A stretch of DNA of 64,000 nucleotides from an uncultured Verrucomicrobiae bacterium (GTDB lineage: Bacteria > Verrucomicrobiota > Verrucomicrobiia > Chthoniobacterales > JAFAMB01): positions 3,520,001 to 3,584,000 of the forward strand of contig CAWIPH010000002.1 of NCBI GenBank assembly GCA_963837955.1, written 5' to 3'. The notes under the pieces are model-generated. The model was not told the origin of the DNA and did not search any database. It saw nothing but the letters and a program-made list of their open reading frames with translations. Made by a program: the position numbers and the translations under genes. Positions within the stretch are counted from its first letter, which is position 1; every line of letters starts with the position of its first letter. Positions 40,373 through 50,564 of the stretch are shown here, piece by piece.

Positions 40373-41167
40373 TTAGGCTATGGCGCGCACAACACCCCCA
40401 TCCACGCGCAATGCGGCACCATTCGTAGCCGACGCCGCGGCGCTGGAAACGTAGACAACAAGATTGGCGACCTCTTCAGTTGAAGCAAAGCGCTTTAGCA
40501 GGCTCGTTGGACGCATCTTTTCGAAAAATTGCTTTTCGAATTCGGCCGTTGATTGGTTCGACTGTTTGGCCAGTCCTTCCACGAAATCGGACACGCCTTC
40601 AGATGCAGTCGGCCCAGGTAAGATCGCGTTCACGGTGACGCCTGTTCCCACGGTGAGTTCAGCGAGCCCTCGGGAGACTGCTAGCTGTGCAGTCTTCGTT
40701 GTGCCGTAATGGATCATCTCCGGAGGAATCTGCAGCGCGGACTCACTCGAGATAAATATGATTCTTCCCCAATCCTTCTTGAGCATGCGAGGGAGGTAAA
40801 AACGCGATAGTCGTACGCCAGAAAGCACGTTGACTTCGAAGAAGTGCATCCACTCTTGATCACTGATCTCCGTGAATGGTTTGGGCTCAAAAATTCCGAG
40901 GTTATTTATCAAAATATCGAGCTCGGAATACAACTGGGTCAACTTAGCTGCAGTATCAGCTAAACTGAGATCCCCCACAAAAGCTTCGATCTCCGCCGAA
41001 CCATGTTGCTTTTTGATTACGTCGATAGCGCGATTTACGCGATCTTCCGACCTCCCATTGATGATCACCCGCGTTCCTTCGCGAGCTAACCCCTTCGCTA
41101 TGGCAAAACCGATTCCGGCTGTGGAACCGGTCACCAAAGCCAATTTCCCACTCAGCTGTAGGTCCAT
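40373..41167 (-). CDS. SDR oxidoreductase
   Basis: TGSTAGIG, SSES, EMIHYGTTK, GAALRVDGG. Confidence 0.92.
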   Translation of the reverse strand: MDLQLSGKLALVTGSTAGIGFAIAKGLAREGTRVIINGRSEDRVNRAIDVIKKQHGSAEIEAFVGDLSLADTAAKLTQLYSELDILINNLGIFEPKPFTEISDQEWMHFFEVNVLSGVRLSRFYLPRMLKKDWGRIIFISSESALQIPPEMIHYGTTKTAQLAVSRGLAELTVGTGVTVNAILPGPTASEGVSDFVEGLAKQSNQSTAEFEKQFFEKMRPTSLLKRFASTEEVANLVVYVSSAAASATNGAALRVDGGVVRAIA

Positions 41168-41190
41168 AATTCCGTCCGAGCTGGGGTCAC

Positions 41191-41616
41191 TTATTCAACG
41201 CCAATCTGGACGTCAATGTTGCCTCGCGTCGCGTTGGAGTATGGACAAATTTGGTGAGCTGCCTGGACGATTTTCTCCGCTTGAGCCCGATCCACTCCCG
41301 GGAGATGCACAAGCAGTTTCACAGCCAAACCGAATCCGCCCGTGCCGGTTTTGCCAAGAGTCACGTCCGAGTGCACCGTCACATCTTTCAGCGGCACATG
41401 TTGTTGGCCACTAACCACTTTGACGGCCTGACCGAAACAAGAGGCATAGCCTAAAGCGAACAACTGCTCTGGATTTGTTGCGCCCGGCTTTGGATTTCCG
41501 CCCAATTCTTTCGGAGGACTGAATGTGACCTTCACGTTGTCATCCGAAGTCTCGCCATGACCTTCTCGCCCGGAAGTTACAGTCGCCGATGCTACGTAGA
41601 GTGGTTGTAATGTCAT
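41191..41616 (-). CDS. ohr: Organic hydroperoxide resistance protein
   Basis: GREG, TNPEQLFALGYASCF, AHQICPYSNATRGNI. Confidence 0.93.
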   Translation of the reverse strand: MTLQPLYVASATVTSGREGHGETSDDNVKVTFSPPKELGGNPKPGATNPEQLFALGYASCFGQAVKVVSGQQHVPLKDVTVHSDVTLGKTGTGGFGLAVKLLVHLPGVDRAQAEKIVQAAHQICPYSNATRGNIDVQIGVE

Positions 41617-41898
41617 AATGCTGTTTGGCTGTTGTTTGGTCTCGCGATCGTCATGTTCGCGACTAGGGAACGATCGAACAGATCGGGAGAAAATCGAGCG
41701 AAGATCCATCCGAAGATCGCGAAATCATAAGCTATTCAGTCCCCTCCGATGTAGGCACGCTTCTCCCGCGTTTTTCGCAATGAAGAGCCCGACAGATCCG
41801 ATTTGAGCGGAAAAATGAGAACCGGAAGGTGAGTTCGCAAGTCTTCGAACAGTCGCCTTCATCGTGTGAATCGCACACGATTCACTGACTTCTGCTCG

Positions 41899-42543
41899 TC
41901 AAACTACAGCAGCCTCGGGAGCCGGTTTTGACCCCTCAAGTACTCGCGCTGGCTGGCTTAGACCAAGGATCCGATATGCGCCGGGGCGCATCCGGTCCAA
42001 GACTCTCAGATCGTTCGCTATTTTAGCTTCCTGAACAAGTCCGACGATATATGATTGCAACTCCCGAGCGAGCACCTGCGGATCTCCGGGAGAAATGTCG
42101 CCGCGGTTGATAGCGTCACGAATAGTCGCTTCCAAATAGCGACATTTTCCTTCGCTGATTTGTTGGGCCATCTTTCGAATGCTCTCGTCCTGCGTACTCA
42201 GCTCGCAACCGAGCGAAATAAACGGACATCCAAGCAATCGACCGCATCTGTCCAGGCGCTCTTTTTGGGTTTGATAAATGTGGCTAAAATATGAATCGAG
42301 CCGCTCGACTGGAGTTTTTTGGACCGAAAAGACACGATCCAGAGTAGCCCGAAGTTGATCCCAGTGATACTCGTAGGCTGCGACAGTCAATTCAGATTTA
42401 GAACGAAAAAAATGGTAAAAACTTCCTTTTTTTACCCCGGACTGCTCGCAAATCTGGTCCACGCCTACCGAGCCGTAACTCTGACGCGAGATCAGCTCGT
42501 GGGCGGTTCTCAGTAACTTGAGCTTAGACTCGCACTGCTTCAT
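41899..42543 (-). CDS. TetR-family regulator (NemR-like)
   Basis: HTH IC..SGVKKGSFYHFF.SK; GCPF. Confidence 0.92.
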   Translation of the reverse strand: MKQCESKLKLLRTAHELISRQSYGSVGVDQICEQSGVKKGSFYHFFRSKSELTVAAYEYHWDQLRATLDRVFSVQKTPVERLDSYFSHIYQTQKERLDRCGRLLGCPFISLGCELSTQDESIRKMAQQISEGKCRYLEATIRDAINRGDISPGDPQVLARELQSYIVGLVQEAKIANDLRVLDRMRPGAYRILGLSQPARVLEGSKPAPEAAVV

Positions 42544-42552
42544 CGGATACGC

Positions 42553-42581
42553 AATATACTAAACCGATCGGTCAACCGCAA
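42553..42581 (-). promoter_or_regulatory. TetR promoter TTGCGG-N17-TATATT with palindromic operator ACCGATCGGT (42563-42572) in the spacer
   Basis: Read on the minus strand; TAAACCGATCGGTCAA resembles the NemR box TAGACC-N4-GGTCTA. Confidence 0.7.
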
Positions 42582-42691
42582 GCGCTTTGTATTATGCAAT
42601 GTCAATTGCCTTCCCAGCCCTCGGAACGACCCGAATCGAATATCGACTTGAGCCAACCCGCAGGTTGCATTTGTATAGATCATTCCTTTGC

Positions 42692-43946
42692 ATGGTCGCC
42701 GCATTCATCCTTTGTTGCTCTAATCGGCTATTACCTTCTGGATTCATTTGCTAAAGTTCTCAATGTAAAAAGCTTGCAAGATGCAGTACCGCCCGAATTT
42801 GCCGGAATTTATGAACCGGACCGTTATCGGCAATCCCAGCGCTACCTGCGAGTAAAAACTCGATTTGAGTTGGTCTGCGCAACTTTCGATCTCGTTTGCC
42901 TATTGATTTTCTGGGGTTTAGGCGGCTTCGAGCGGCTCGATGTCTGGTTGAGAAGCTTGCATCAAGGATCGGTTTTAACCGGGCTACTCTACTTGGGTAT
43001 CTTAGCGGCAGCTCGCGAACTTCTAGAATTACCGTTTCAGGCATACGCCACCTTCGTTATCGAGCAACAATTCGGGTTTAATCGCGCAACGCTCAAAACC
43101 TTTGTGCTCGATCGCCTAAAAGGTTGGGCCCTCGGCGGTTTGCTTATGTTCGGTTTTCTCACGTTGGTACTTAGTTTACTGGAGTTCTTCGGCCTCCGGG
43201 TGTGGCCGGTGGCCTGGATAATCACCGCAGCGATTTCGGTTCTGCTCGTGTATCTAACACCGACGTTTATTCTGCCACTCTTCTTCAAATTCTCTCCGGT
43301 GCCGGTCGGACCATTGCGAGAAGGCGTTATGGCCTATTGCCAAAAACAAAATTTCGCGCTCCGCGACCTTTTGGTGATCGATGGCTCGCGTCGCTCCTCC
43401 AAGGCGAACGCCTTCTTCACCGGCTTCGGCAAGAATAAGCGAATCGCGCTTTTCGACACACTAATCCAGAATCATACGATTCCCGAGCTAATCGCGGTAC
43501 TGGCCCACGAAGTCGGACACTTCAAACGTCGCCACGTGATCCAGCATTTTATTATCGCGCAAATCAACCTTTTCTTTCTGTTTCTCCTAGCATCCCTTTG
43601 TCTTTCCCGTCCGGAACTGTATGCGGCTTTTGGGGTTACGCATCCATCCTATTATGTAGGCTTCGCCCTGTTTTCGTTGCTCGTGCAACCGTTTACCATC
43701 ATTTTAGGCGTGGCACTAAATTATTGGAGCCGCCGTCACGAATATCAGGCTGATCGCTTCGCAGCTGAGTCGACGGGCGAATCAGCATCGCTGATTCTGG
43801 CGTTGAAAAGACTCAGTAAGGATAGTCTTTCTAACTTGACGCCGCATCCACTGCTGGTCGGACTACATTTCACCCATCCGCCAGTCTTGGAACGGATTCG
43901 TGCCTTGGAGAATCTGGCAAGAATGACGCCGTCCCGGGATCCCTAA
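42692..43946 (+). CDS. M48 (Ste24-like) membrane zinc peptidase, probable 1-nt frameshift near 42711-42713
   Basis: DGSRRSSKANAFFTG, AVLAHEVGH (HExxH), EYQAD, HPP..ERI. Confidence 0.88.
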
Positions 43947-43966
43947 TGGGAAACTCTCGGACCGCC

Positions 43967-44386
43967 CTAACTCGCAATTCCTATTTCTCTCATCAACCGC
44001 TCCTGAAGCTGTTCCATTTCCCGAGAGGCGGAATTGGTGGTGTCGTCGTAGCCGGCGAGATGGAGAAGCCCGTGGAGAACATAGAGGCAGAGCTCTGCGA
44101 GCAGCTCCCTGCCCAGTTGAATCGCCTGGCGATCAGCGGTTTCAACACTGACGATTATCTCGCCATGCTGAAAAGTGATTACATCGGTCGGGCCAGCGAT
44201 CCGCATGAATTGCTGATGAATGGATGAGATTCGCCGATCGGAAACAAAAACGACTACGATTTCCGCCGGCAAGGAGTTCCGTTCGACTGCTTCCACCTTC
44301 TCCAGAGCGCGCTGCGCAAAGGAGGATAGCGGACGAAGGTCGATCGTTTTGGCGCGCTGCCGATTCAGCAACGAAATTTCCGGCAT
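43967..44386 (-). CDS. ybeY: rRNA maturation endoribonuclease
   Basis: PTDVITF, GEI, HGLLHLAGYD. Confidence 0.92.
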   Translation of the reverse strand: MPEISLLNRQRAKTIDLRPLSSFAQRALEKVEAVERNSLPAEIVVVFVSDRRISSIHQQFMRIAGPTDVITFQHGEIIVSVETADRQAIQLGRELLAELCLYVLHGLLHLAGYDDTTNSASREMEQLQERLMREIGIAS

Positions 44387-45996
44387 CAGGCTGCCGACGC
44401 CGGCGGAAGATTGCGCAACCGGCGAGATTCTTGTTCCGCCTTCTCCTCGTCCTTAGGATATTTGATCCGGGTATGCAGCATGTTTTGCAACGTGAACCGG
44501 AAAGTCTCGGAAATTGTGCGGATTTCTTTCAAGGTCAAATCGCACTCGTCAAGCTGTCCTTCGGCGACCCGCTTGTTGACGATTTCGTTCACCAGCTGCT
44601 CGATCTTTTGGGGCGTCGGCTTATCCAGACTGCGGGCCGCGCTCTCCACGGCGTCCGCCAAACTGATAATTCCGCTTTCTTTGAATTGCGGTTTAGGTCC
44701 ACTGTAGCGAAAACTTTCCTCGCGAACTTCGGGAATATCCTCCTCCCGAATATTCATGATCTTGCCTCCTTCGCGAGCGTCCCGCTGTTGTTGAAGCGCC
44801 CTTTTGTAAAAATAGCTGACCAGAGAGGTACCGTGATGTTGCTGGATGACGTCGATCACCTTTTGGTTCAGTCCGTACTTTAGAGCAATATCGACGCCCT
44901 CTTTCACGTGCGCGATAATGATCAACGCGCTCATGGTCGGAGCCAGATCATCGTGCGGATTTTCGTCTCCAATGATATTCTCAGAAAAATAGTTCGGCTT
45001 CACGAGTTTGCCGATATCATGAAAGTAAGCACAGGCGCGGCACATCGTGCCATTCGCGCCGATTCGGTTGGCGGCAACTTCTGCGAGATCGGCGACCACG
45101 TCGCTGTGATGCCAGGTTCCCGGAGCCTCGAGGCTGAGGCGTAAAAGGACGGGATGGTTGCGATCCGCCATTTCCAGCCAGGACATATCGGTGGTGATAT
45201 GAAAAAGTGATTCCAGGAGCGGCAAAGCGCCGCCCACTGCCATCGCCGTCAACATCCCGTTCAAGATCGCAGCGAGAGACTGTTTCGCGAACATGCCCCA
45301 GTCCATCTGTGGTAATTGCAACCAGGAGATGGAGATAATTCCGAACGAGACTGCTAAAATCCAGGTGGCCAGACCGACATAGAAGCCCGCTCGCAAGAGA
45401 CGACTTCTTCTGCGTACCTGAATCGTCACAAATACGGCGATGAACCCGCTAATGAGCGACATCACCAGCAACACGGCGTCAACCCCGCGAAAAAGAATCG
45501 AACTCCACAGGCTGACGAAGACAGCAGCATAAATACCGTAGTTCTTGCCCAGTAACACCGACAGCACGAGGGGCGCCAATGCGTACGGTATCAGTAAGAC
45601 ACCGATTTCAGGTCGCAATGCTCCATGCGGATCGCTGCAGAAGACCATGATGAGCTTCGCGATACACAGGTGCAAAAGCATGACCCCGAAAACCAGGCCA
45701 ATTCGAGAATTCTTCTGAAAGGTTTCGGGGTAATTGATCCAGAGTTGAGCGAGCGCAGTAATGAACACCAGGAGCCCAATGAGAAAATATTTCGCTGGCT
45801 CCGGATGCTCTCGAGAAAAGATAAGAAACCCTAATACCAGAATGAAGAGGGCGAACATTCCGACCTTCACCCATGGGTTCGATTCCAGCTTGCGGACCCA
45901 TTCCTTCGGCGCTGGCTTGCGCCGTTGCTTTGTGCAGGCAAGTCCCTTCTTGACCAACCGCTTCCTGTCCTGTGAACCAAACATACCCATTAACAT
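44386..45996 (-). CDS. Multi-TM HDIG phosphohydrolase (PgpH/YqfF-like)
   Basis: Several TM helices; EAPGTWHHS, YFHDIGK, IIIAHV, QHHGT, FRYSGPKP, LADAVE. Confidence 0.9.
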   Translation of the reverse strand: MLMGMFGSQDRKRLVKKGLACTKQRRKPAPKEWVRKLESNPWVKVGMFALFILVLGFLIFSREHPEPAKYFLIGLLVFITALAQLWINYPETFQKNSRIGLVFGVMLLHLCIAKLIMVFCSDPHGALRPEIGVLLIPYALAPLVLSVLLGKNYGIYAAVFVSLWSSILFRGVDAVLLVMSLISGFIAVFVTIQVRRRSRLLRAGFYVGLATWILAVSFGIISISWLQLPQMDWGMFAKQSLAAILNGMLTAMAVGGALPLLESLFHITTDMSWLEMADRNHPVLLRLSLEAPGTWHHSDVVADLAEVAANRIGANGTMCRACAYFHDIGKLVKPNYFSENIIGDENPHDDLAPTMSALIIIAHVKEGVDIALKYGLNQKVIDVIQQHHGTSLVSYFYKRALQQQRDAREGGKIMNIREEDIPEVREESFRYSGPKPQFKESGIISLADAVESAARSLDKPTPQKIEQLVNEIVNKRVAEGQLDECDLTLKEIRTISETFRFTLQNMLHTRIKYPKDEEKAEQESRRLRNLPPASAA

Positions 45997-46007
45997 TTAA
46001 GTTTGCC

Positions 46008-46994
46008 TTATTTGCGCGCTACCGAGGCCGGGGGGTTGCGCTTTTCCCTAAACGCTTTGTAGGCGTGAATGATTGATTTCACAAGCGAATGCCGTACTAC
46101 ATCGCGTTCCGAAAACTCGATGAACTGAATATCGGCGACCCCTTGGAGCGCCTGCAGTGCTTCGATCAACCCCGAAGTCTTGTTCGCGGGAAGATCGATC
46201 TGCGTTTGATCGCCCGTCACCACACACTTGGAGTCAGCCCCTAAACGGGTAAGAAACATAAACATCTGCTCCCTGGTCGTATTTTGCGCTTCGTCGAGGA
46301 TAACAAAGGCATCGTTGAGAGTCCGGCCCCGCATATAAGCGAGGGGAGCAATCTCGATCACGCCCCGATCCATGAATTTCTGAATTTCCTCTGCAGAAAT
46401 CATATCATACAACGCGTCATACAGTGGGCGCAAATACGGAAAGATCTTCTCCTGGAGATCACCTGGTAAAAAACCAAGCGCTTCCCCGGCCTCAACCGCG
46501 GGGCGAGTCAAAATGACGCGCTTGACTGCTTCTCGTTTCAACGCCTCCACCGCCATAGCCATGGCCAAATAGGTCTTCCCGGTGCCGGCCGGCCCGATGC
46601 CAAACACAATATCGTACGTCTGGATCGCTTGGACGTAAGCCAGCTGCTGGCTTGTTTTTGGGCTGATTGGTGTCCGTCTGCTCGAGCCAAGAATCTGCAC
46701 TTCGGCCAGCTGGCCCAAAGATTCTTGCGATCTCCCGCTCACGATGTCGAGAGCATACTGAAATTCGTGCCGGTGAATCTGCATTCCACGTTGCCGAGCC
46801 GCTTCGAGCTGGCCAAAAAGTTGGCGAGCCTTCTCGATGTTATTGCGTTCCCCTTCCAACCGTAACCACCCGTCCCGGGTGGTGACCTTGAGATCGAGTT
46901 TCTCTTCGAGCGTTTGCAAAAGCCGGAGATCGTTCGCGTACAGGTTTTGTAGCGTCCGCCCGTTCTCAAACTGAAGCGTTTCTGATTCTACCAT
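46008..46994 (-). CDS. phoH: PhoH-family ATPase (YbeZ/PhoL-like)
   Basis: GPAGTGKT, RPAVEAGEALGFLPG, LAYMRGRT, DEAQN, DVVRH. Confidence 0.93.
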   Translation of the reverse strand: MVESETLQFENGRTLQNLYANDLRLLQTLEEKLDLKVTTRDGWLRLEGERNNIEKARQLFGQLEAARQRGMQIHRHEFQYALDIVSGRSQESLGQLAEVQILGSSRRTPISPKTSQQLAYVQAIQTYDIVFGIGPAGTGKTYLAMAMAVEALKREAVKRVILTRPAVEAGEALGFLPGDLQEKIFPYLRPLYDALYDMISAEEIQKFMDRGVIEIAPLAYMRGRTLNDAFVILDEAQNTTREQMFMFLTRLGADSKCVVTGDQTQIDLPANKTSGLIEALQALQGVADIQFIEFSERDVVRHSLVKSIIHAYKAFREKRNPPASVARK

Positions 46995-47306
46995 CTAATG
47001 TTTGGTCCGCGAAATGGTCTGCCGTTCGTCCGGCTGCTCCCGGAAGAGTACAGTTTTTTTCCCTAAGGGCGCTCCCTGCATCCAACGGCCCATTTTGATC
47101 GCAACGAAATCCATGTTAATTCGCGGCTAGGACACTAGTGCACCGTATCGCAACGGTCTGGTAAAATGGCTCATTGACGTGCGGGGTTTGTCAGGATGGT
47201 CAACGCAGAACTTACCGTCTACCGAAAACCGGAAACGAAGCAAAGCAAGTAGTCGCTTCCACCAAAGAAAAAATAAGTAAGCGCCGATTACGCATTGCGA
47301 ATACGA

Positions 47307-47729
47307 TTATTTGTATCCGTACACCATTGCCCAATGGGTGCGTTCGACAGGCGAGGAGATGACCTCGACGATAATATAGTAGGTGCCAGTGGCCGGAGCA
47401 ATAACCCGCGCAGCCGCAAAATGACCTTTTTGGTATGCATCGCTTTCAACAAGCCTCCCCCGCGGATCGTAAACGTGGATTGAAATGCGGGCATTGTCGA
47501 CATCGGTTCCCATACAGAACCAATAGTCGTTTCCTTTGAAAAGCGTGTGAGTAATTGCCTGCTGCTGCTTGACGCCCAAATCCCCTCCCCACTCGTCTTG
47601 GCGAGCCAAATATCCCTGTTTCACGTAGGGATCGATCGCTTCCATGGCCCGAGCAATCGCGTCGTCTACGGTAGCATAAGCCGCCGACTGCGCCGCTAGA
47701 ACACTAATCGCAATGATTAATTGTCTCAC
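47307..47729 (-). CDS. Exported hypothetical protein, beta-rich (possibly PPC-like)
   Basis: Signal peptide, GTG start 9 nt after the upstream gene; VYD..G, TGTYYIIV motifs. Confidence 0.75.
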   Translation of the reverse strand: MRQLIIAISVLAAQSAAYATVDDAIARAMEAIDPYVKQGYLARQDEWGGDLGVKQQQAITHTLFKGNDYWFCMGTDVDNARISIHVYDPRGRLVESDAYQKGHFAAARVIAPATGTYYIIVEVISSPVERTHWAMVYGYK

Positions 47730-47738
47730 AAATGTTGT

Positions 47739-48533
47739 TTAAGCCTTCGAATTGATCGCCTTGACTATGTCGCCGGTAATCTCGTGAATCCGCTTCACTG
47801 AGGCCGGTGTGATCTTCTGACTGATGAGCGGAGAGATTTCATCCAAGCTCTTCTGAATCCTGCTAACCAGTTGGTTGTTTCGGAGGCGCGGTGGCATACC
47901 AGCCAACCTCTCTTGGAAGTATTTGAGCAGATCAGGCTGATTCAACAAATCAGCGCCATCGGCCGAGTAGCTTTTACCAACAATCGACGTGAGTACCTCG
48001 GTTCCGCGAAGCCAGCCGCCCAAACTGACCAGATGCGCCAATTGATCATCGCGTAGCGCGATCATCGCATTTTTCACATCAGATAGAGCTCCATCCAATT
48101 CCCGGCGAACGCCCACCCAGTCGTCTGAATCGGCCTTGGTTAATATGGAATTTGTCCGAGCCAAGACCGTCTTTTCCACCCCGATCGCCCGAGCAAGCTG
48201 CAACACGTCGCGACCCACTTGCTTTACGCGCTCGCGGTCGGTCGCCTCCACCGCGACAAAACCTTCCGCTACTACCGACCCGAGTAAAAGAGCGATCTGG
48301 GCCCGTTCCCCCCGATTATTGATGTTTGGATTGCGCAGTTCGCCTTTCCAGTCCGGCGTGCCCAGCTTATCCAATACGTTGAAGACCTCGCTTGGGAGAG
48401 GCACAACGACATTATCCAATCTTGTCGCCGGGAACCGATTTAGATCTATCTGCCTGGCTGGTGCGTCCGCTAGTACCAGCCTGGGAAAGCCGGCAGCCAC
48501 CGCGACAACTAATGGGAAAAGGATTCTTTTCAT
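47739..48533 (-). CDS. Exported alpha-helical hypothetical protein
   Basis: Signal peptide MKRILFPLVVAVAA; long open frame; LGGWLRG. Confidence 0.75.
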   Translation of the reverse strand: MKRILFPLVVAVAAGFPRLVLADAPARQIDLNRFPATRLDNVVVPLPSEVFNVLDKLGTPDWKGELRNPNINNRGERAQIALLLGSVVAEGFVAVEATDRERVKQVGRDVLQLARAIGVEKTVLARTNSILTKADSDDWVGVRRELDGALSDVKNAMIALRDDQLAHLVSLGGWLRGTEVLTSIVGKSYSADGADLLNQPDLLKYFQERLAGMPPRLRNNQLVSRIQKSLDEISPLISQKITPASVKRIHEITGDIVKAINSKA

Positions 48534-48841
48534 CTTTTTTGGGGAGATAATCGATAGGAGAAATCGGTCGGGTTTTAGCGGTAAGTGGCTAAAATCTCCC
48601 GCTTTTAGGCGTCCTCGCTCTCGAAATATCGGGCCCAGCCTAAAAGCAAACTGCATTTTGAGCAAACGCCGAATCGTACGAACGCAGAAGGTCTTTCCTG
48701 GCTCAACTCGCTCGCCTGAGAGAGTTTATCTCCGGGACCGAAAACCGCTTCACTTATGCGGTTCCCAACGGACAGTTTTGCGGTATTCCGCTTGACCTGT
48801 GCGAGCAGAGCTACCATTTCTCCAGACCGACTGACATTTCG

Positions 48842-49846
48842 ATGAATTTCACCCGACTAGAGCAAATCCTCGATCAGTTCCCCAGCAAGCGTGTCCTGGT
48901 GATCGGAGACTTGATGCTGGACGAATTTGTTTGGGGGCGCGTCTCTCGCATCTCCCCGGAAGCTCCAGTCCCAGTCGTTGAAGTCCTCCGCGAATCGTAC
49001 TACCCGGGAGGAGCAGCCAACGTTGCCCGCAACGTCCGCGAATGCGGGACGCAGGCCTACGTTATGGGCCTGGTCGGAGATGACCGGGCTGGCGCGCACC
49101 TTCGCGAGATCTTGGGAGAGAATGGCATTGGCCATGAGACCCTCCAGATCATTCCGGCATTCCAAACGATCGTCAAAACTCGGATCATCGCCCGCCAGCA
49201 ACAGGTTGTTCGCGTCGACCGTGAGCGGGCCTGGACTCTAACCCAAGAAATTGAGGACTCCTGCGTAGAAGCCATCCAACAATTGCTGCCGCAGATCGAT
49301 GCGATTATTCTCGAAGACTACGGAAAAGGTTTTCTGCAACAGTCTTTTATCGACCGAATAGCCCAGCTCGCCAGCGGGAAGGTCGTGACAGGCGATCCGA
49401 ACCCGAGAAATCCGCTTCAATGGAGAGGAATAACGGCAGTAAAACCAAATCGGAGCGAAGCCTTTTCGGCAGCAAACGCACCCTGGAAAGAACCAGGGGA
49501 TCATCCGCTCAAGGATAGCGCGCTACTCGCGATCGGCCAAAAACTGCTGAGCGCCTGGGGACCCAAACAGCTCCTCATCACTCTGGGCGACCAAGGAATG
49601 ATGTTGTTTACCCCGGAAAAAACTCCCTACCATATTCCTTCCAGAGCGAAAGAGGTTTACGATTTGTCCGGAGCGGGCGACACCGCGATTGCGTTCTACA
49701 CCTTGGCATTGCTCTCCGGTGCGACCGCGATCGAAGCGGCGGAGATTTCGAACTACGCCAGCAGTGTCGTAGTGGCAAAATTTGGAACCGCGACGGTGAC
49801 GCCGCAAGAGCTGCGGCAGAGTTTTCTCCTGGCCCAATCGTCATGA
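48842..49846 (+). CDS. rfaE1: D-glycero-beta-D-manno-heptose-7-phosphate kinase (HldA/RfaE domain I)
   Basis: GDLMLD, RISPEAPVPV, GGAANVA, DYGKG, V.DLSGAGDT. Confidence 0.93.
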   Translation: MNFTRLEQILDQFPSKRVLVIGDLMLDEFVWGRVSRISPEAPVPVVEVLRESYYPGGAANVARNVRECGTQAYVMGLVGDDRAGAHLREILGENGIGHETLQIIPAFQTIVKTRIIARQQQVVRVDRERAWTLTQEIEDSCVEAIQQLLPQIDAIILEDYGKGFLQQSFIDRIAQLASGKVVTGDPNPRNPLQWRGITAVKPNRSEAFSAANAPWKEPGDHPLKDSALLAIGQKLLSAWGPKQLLITLGDQGMMLFTPEKTPYHIPSRAKEVYDLSGAGDTAIAFYTLALLSGATAIEAAEISNYASSVVVAKFGTATVTPQELRQSFLLAQSS

Positions 49847-50376
49847 CCCTGGCTAAAGCAGTTTTCCTCGATCGGGACGGCACCCTCATACATAACGTCC
49901 CTTATTGCTCGGATCCGGCCAAGGTGGAGGTTCTTCCAGGTGTTACCGAATCGCTCAAACGGCTGAAGGAACGTGGGTTCAAATTGATAGTTGTCACCAA
50001 CCAGAGCGGCATTGGCCGGGGCTATTTCGGAGAAGACACGTTTTGGAAAGTTCAGGCTGCTTTCGAACAGCGGGTCGGGCTCGGTTTAATCGATGTGACC
50101 TATTTCTGCGGTGATCATCCGGACCAAGCTAGCGACCGGAGGAAACCGGGACCGGGAATGTTGTTGGAAGCCGGCCGCGACTTGGGGCTTGATCTAGCAT
50201 CTTGTTTCATGATCGGAGACAGCGAATCCGACGCTGAAGCGGGGGCTCGAGCCGGCGTCAAAGCGACGATTCTGATCGAGCCGAACGCACGAAGCGGTCG
50301 GGAGGGATTATGGATCGCGAAAAATTTCCCTGAAGCGGTTGATCTGATTTTGCAATGCCATCCCGGCGACTTGTAA
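49843..50376 (+). CDS. gmhB: Heptose-1,7-bisphosphate phosphatase
   Basis: FLDRDGT, VTNQSGIGRG, RKPGPGML, MIGD. Confidence 0.9.
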   Translation: MTLAKAVFLDRDGTLIHNVPYCSDPAKVEVLPGVTESLKRLKERGFKLIVVTNQSGIGRGYFGEDTFWKVQAAFEQRVGLGLIDVTYFCGDHPDQASDRRKPGPGMLLEAGRDLGLDLASCFMIGDSESDAEAGARAGVKATILIEPNARSGREGLWIAKNFPEAVDLILQCHPGDL

Positions 50377-50564
50377 ATGGCGATCGCTTTTCCTTGCGCG
50401 TTCCGCAGTCGGGCGGCAGCCGCCGCGGCCAAACCCAATTCATCCTATATTGACGATTGATAGTTGATTTTGTCCCCGATCGCCAGGTCCTTAGAACGGT
50501 TCTCTAGCTAATTTCTGCGCAAGAGCTTGATTCTACGCCACTAGCTCAGGTACAACCTTCGCTC

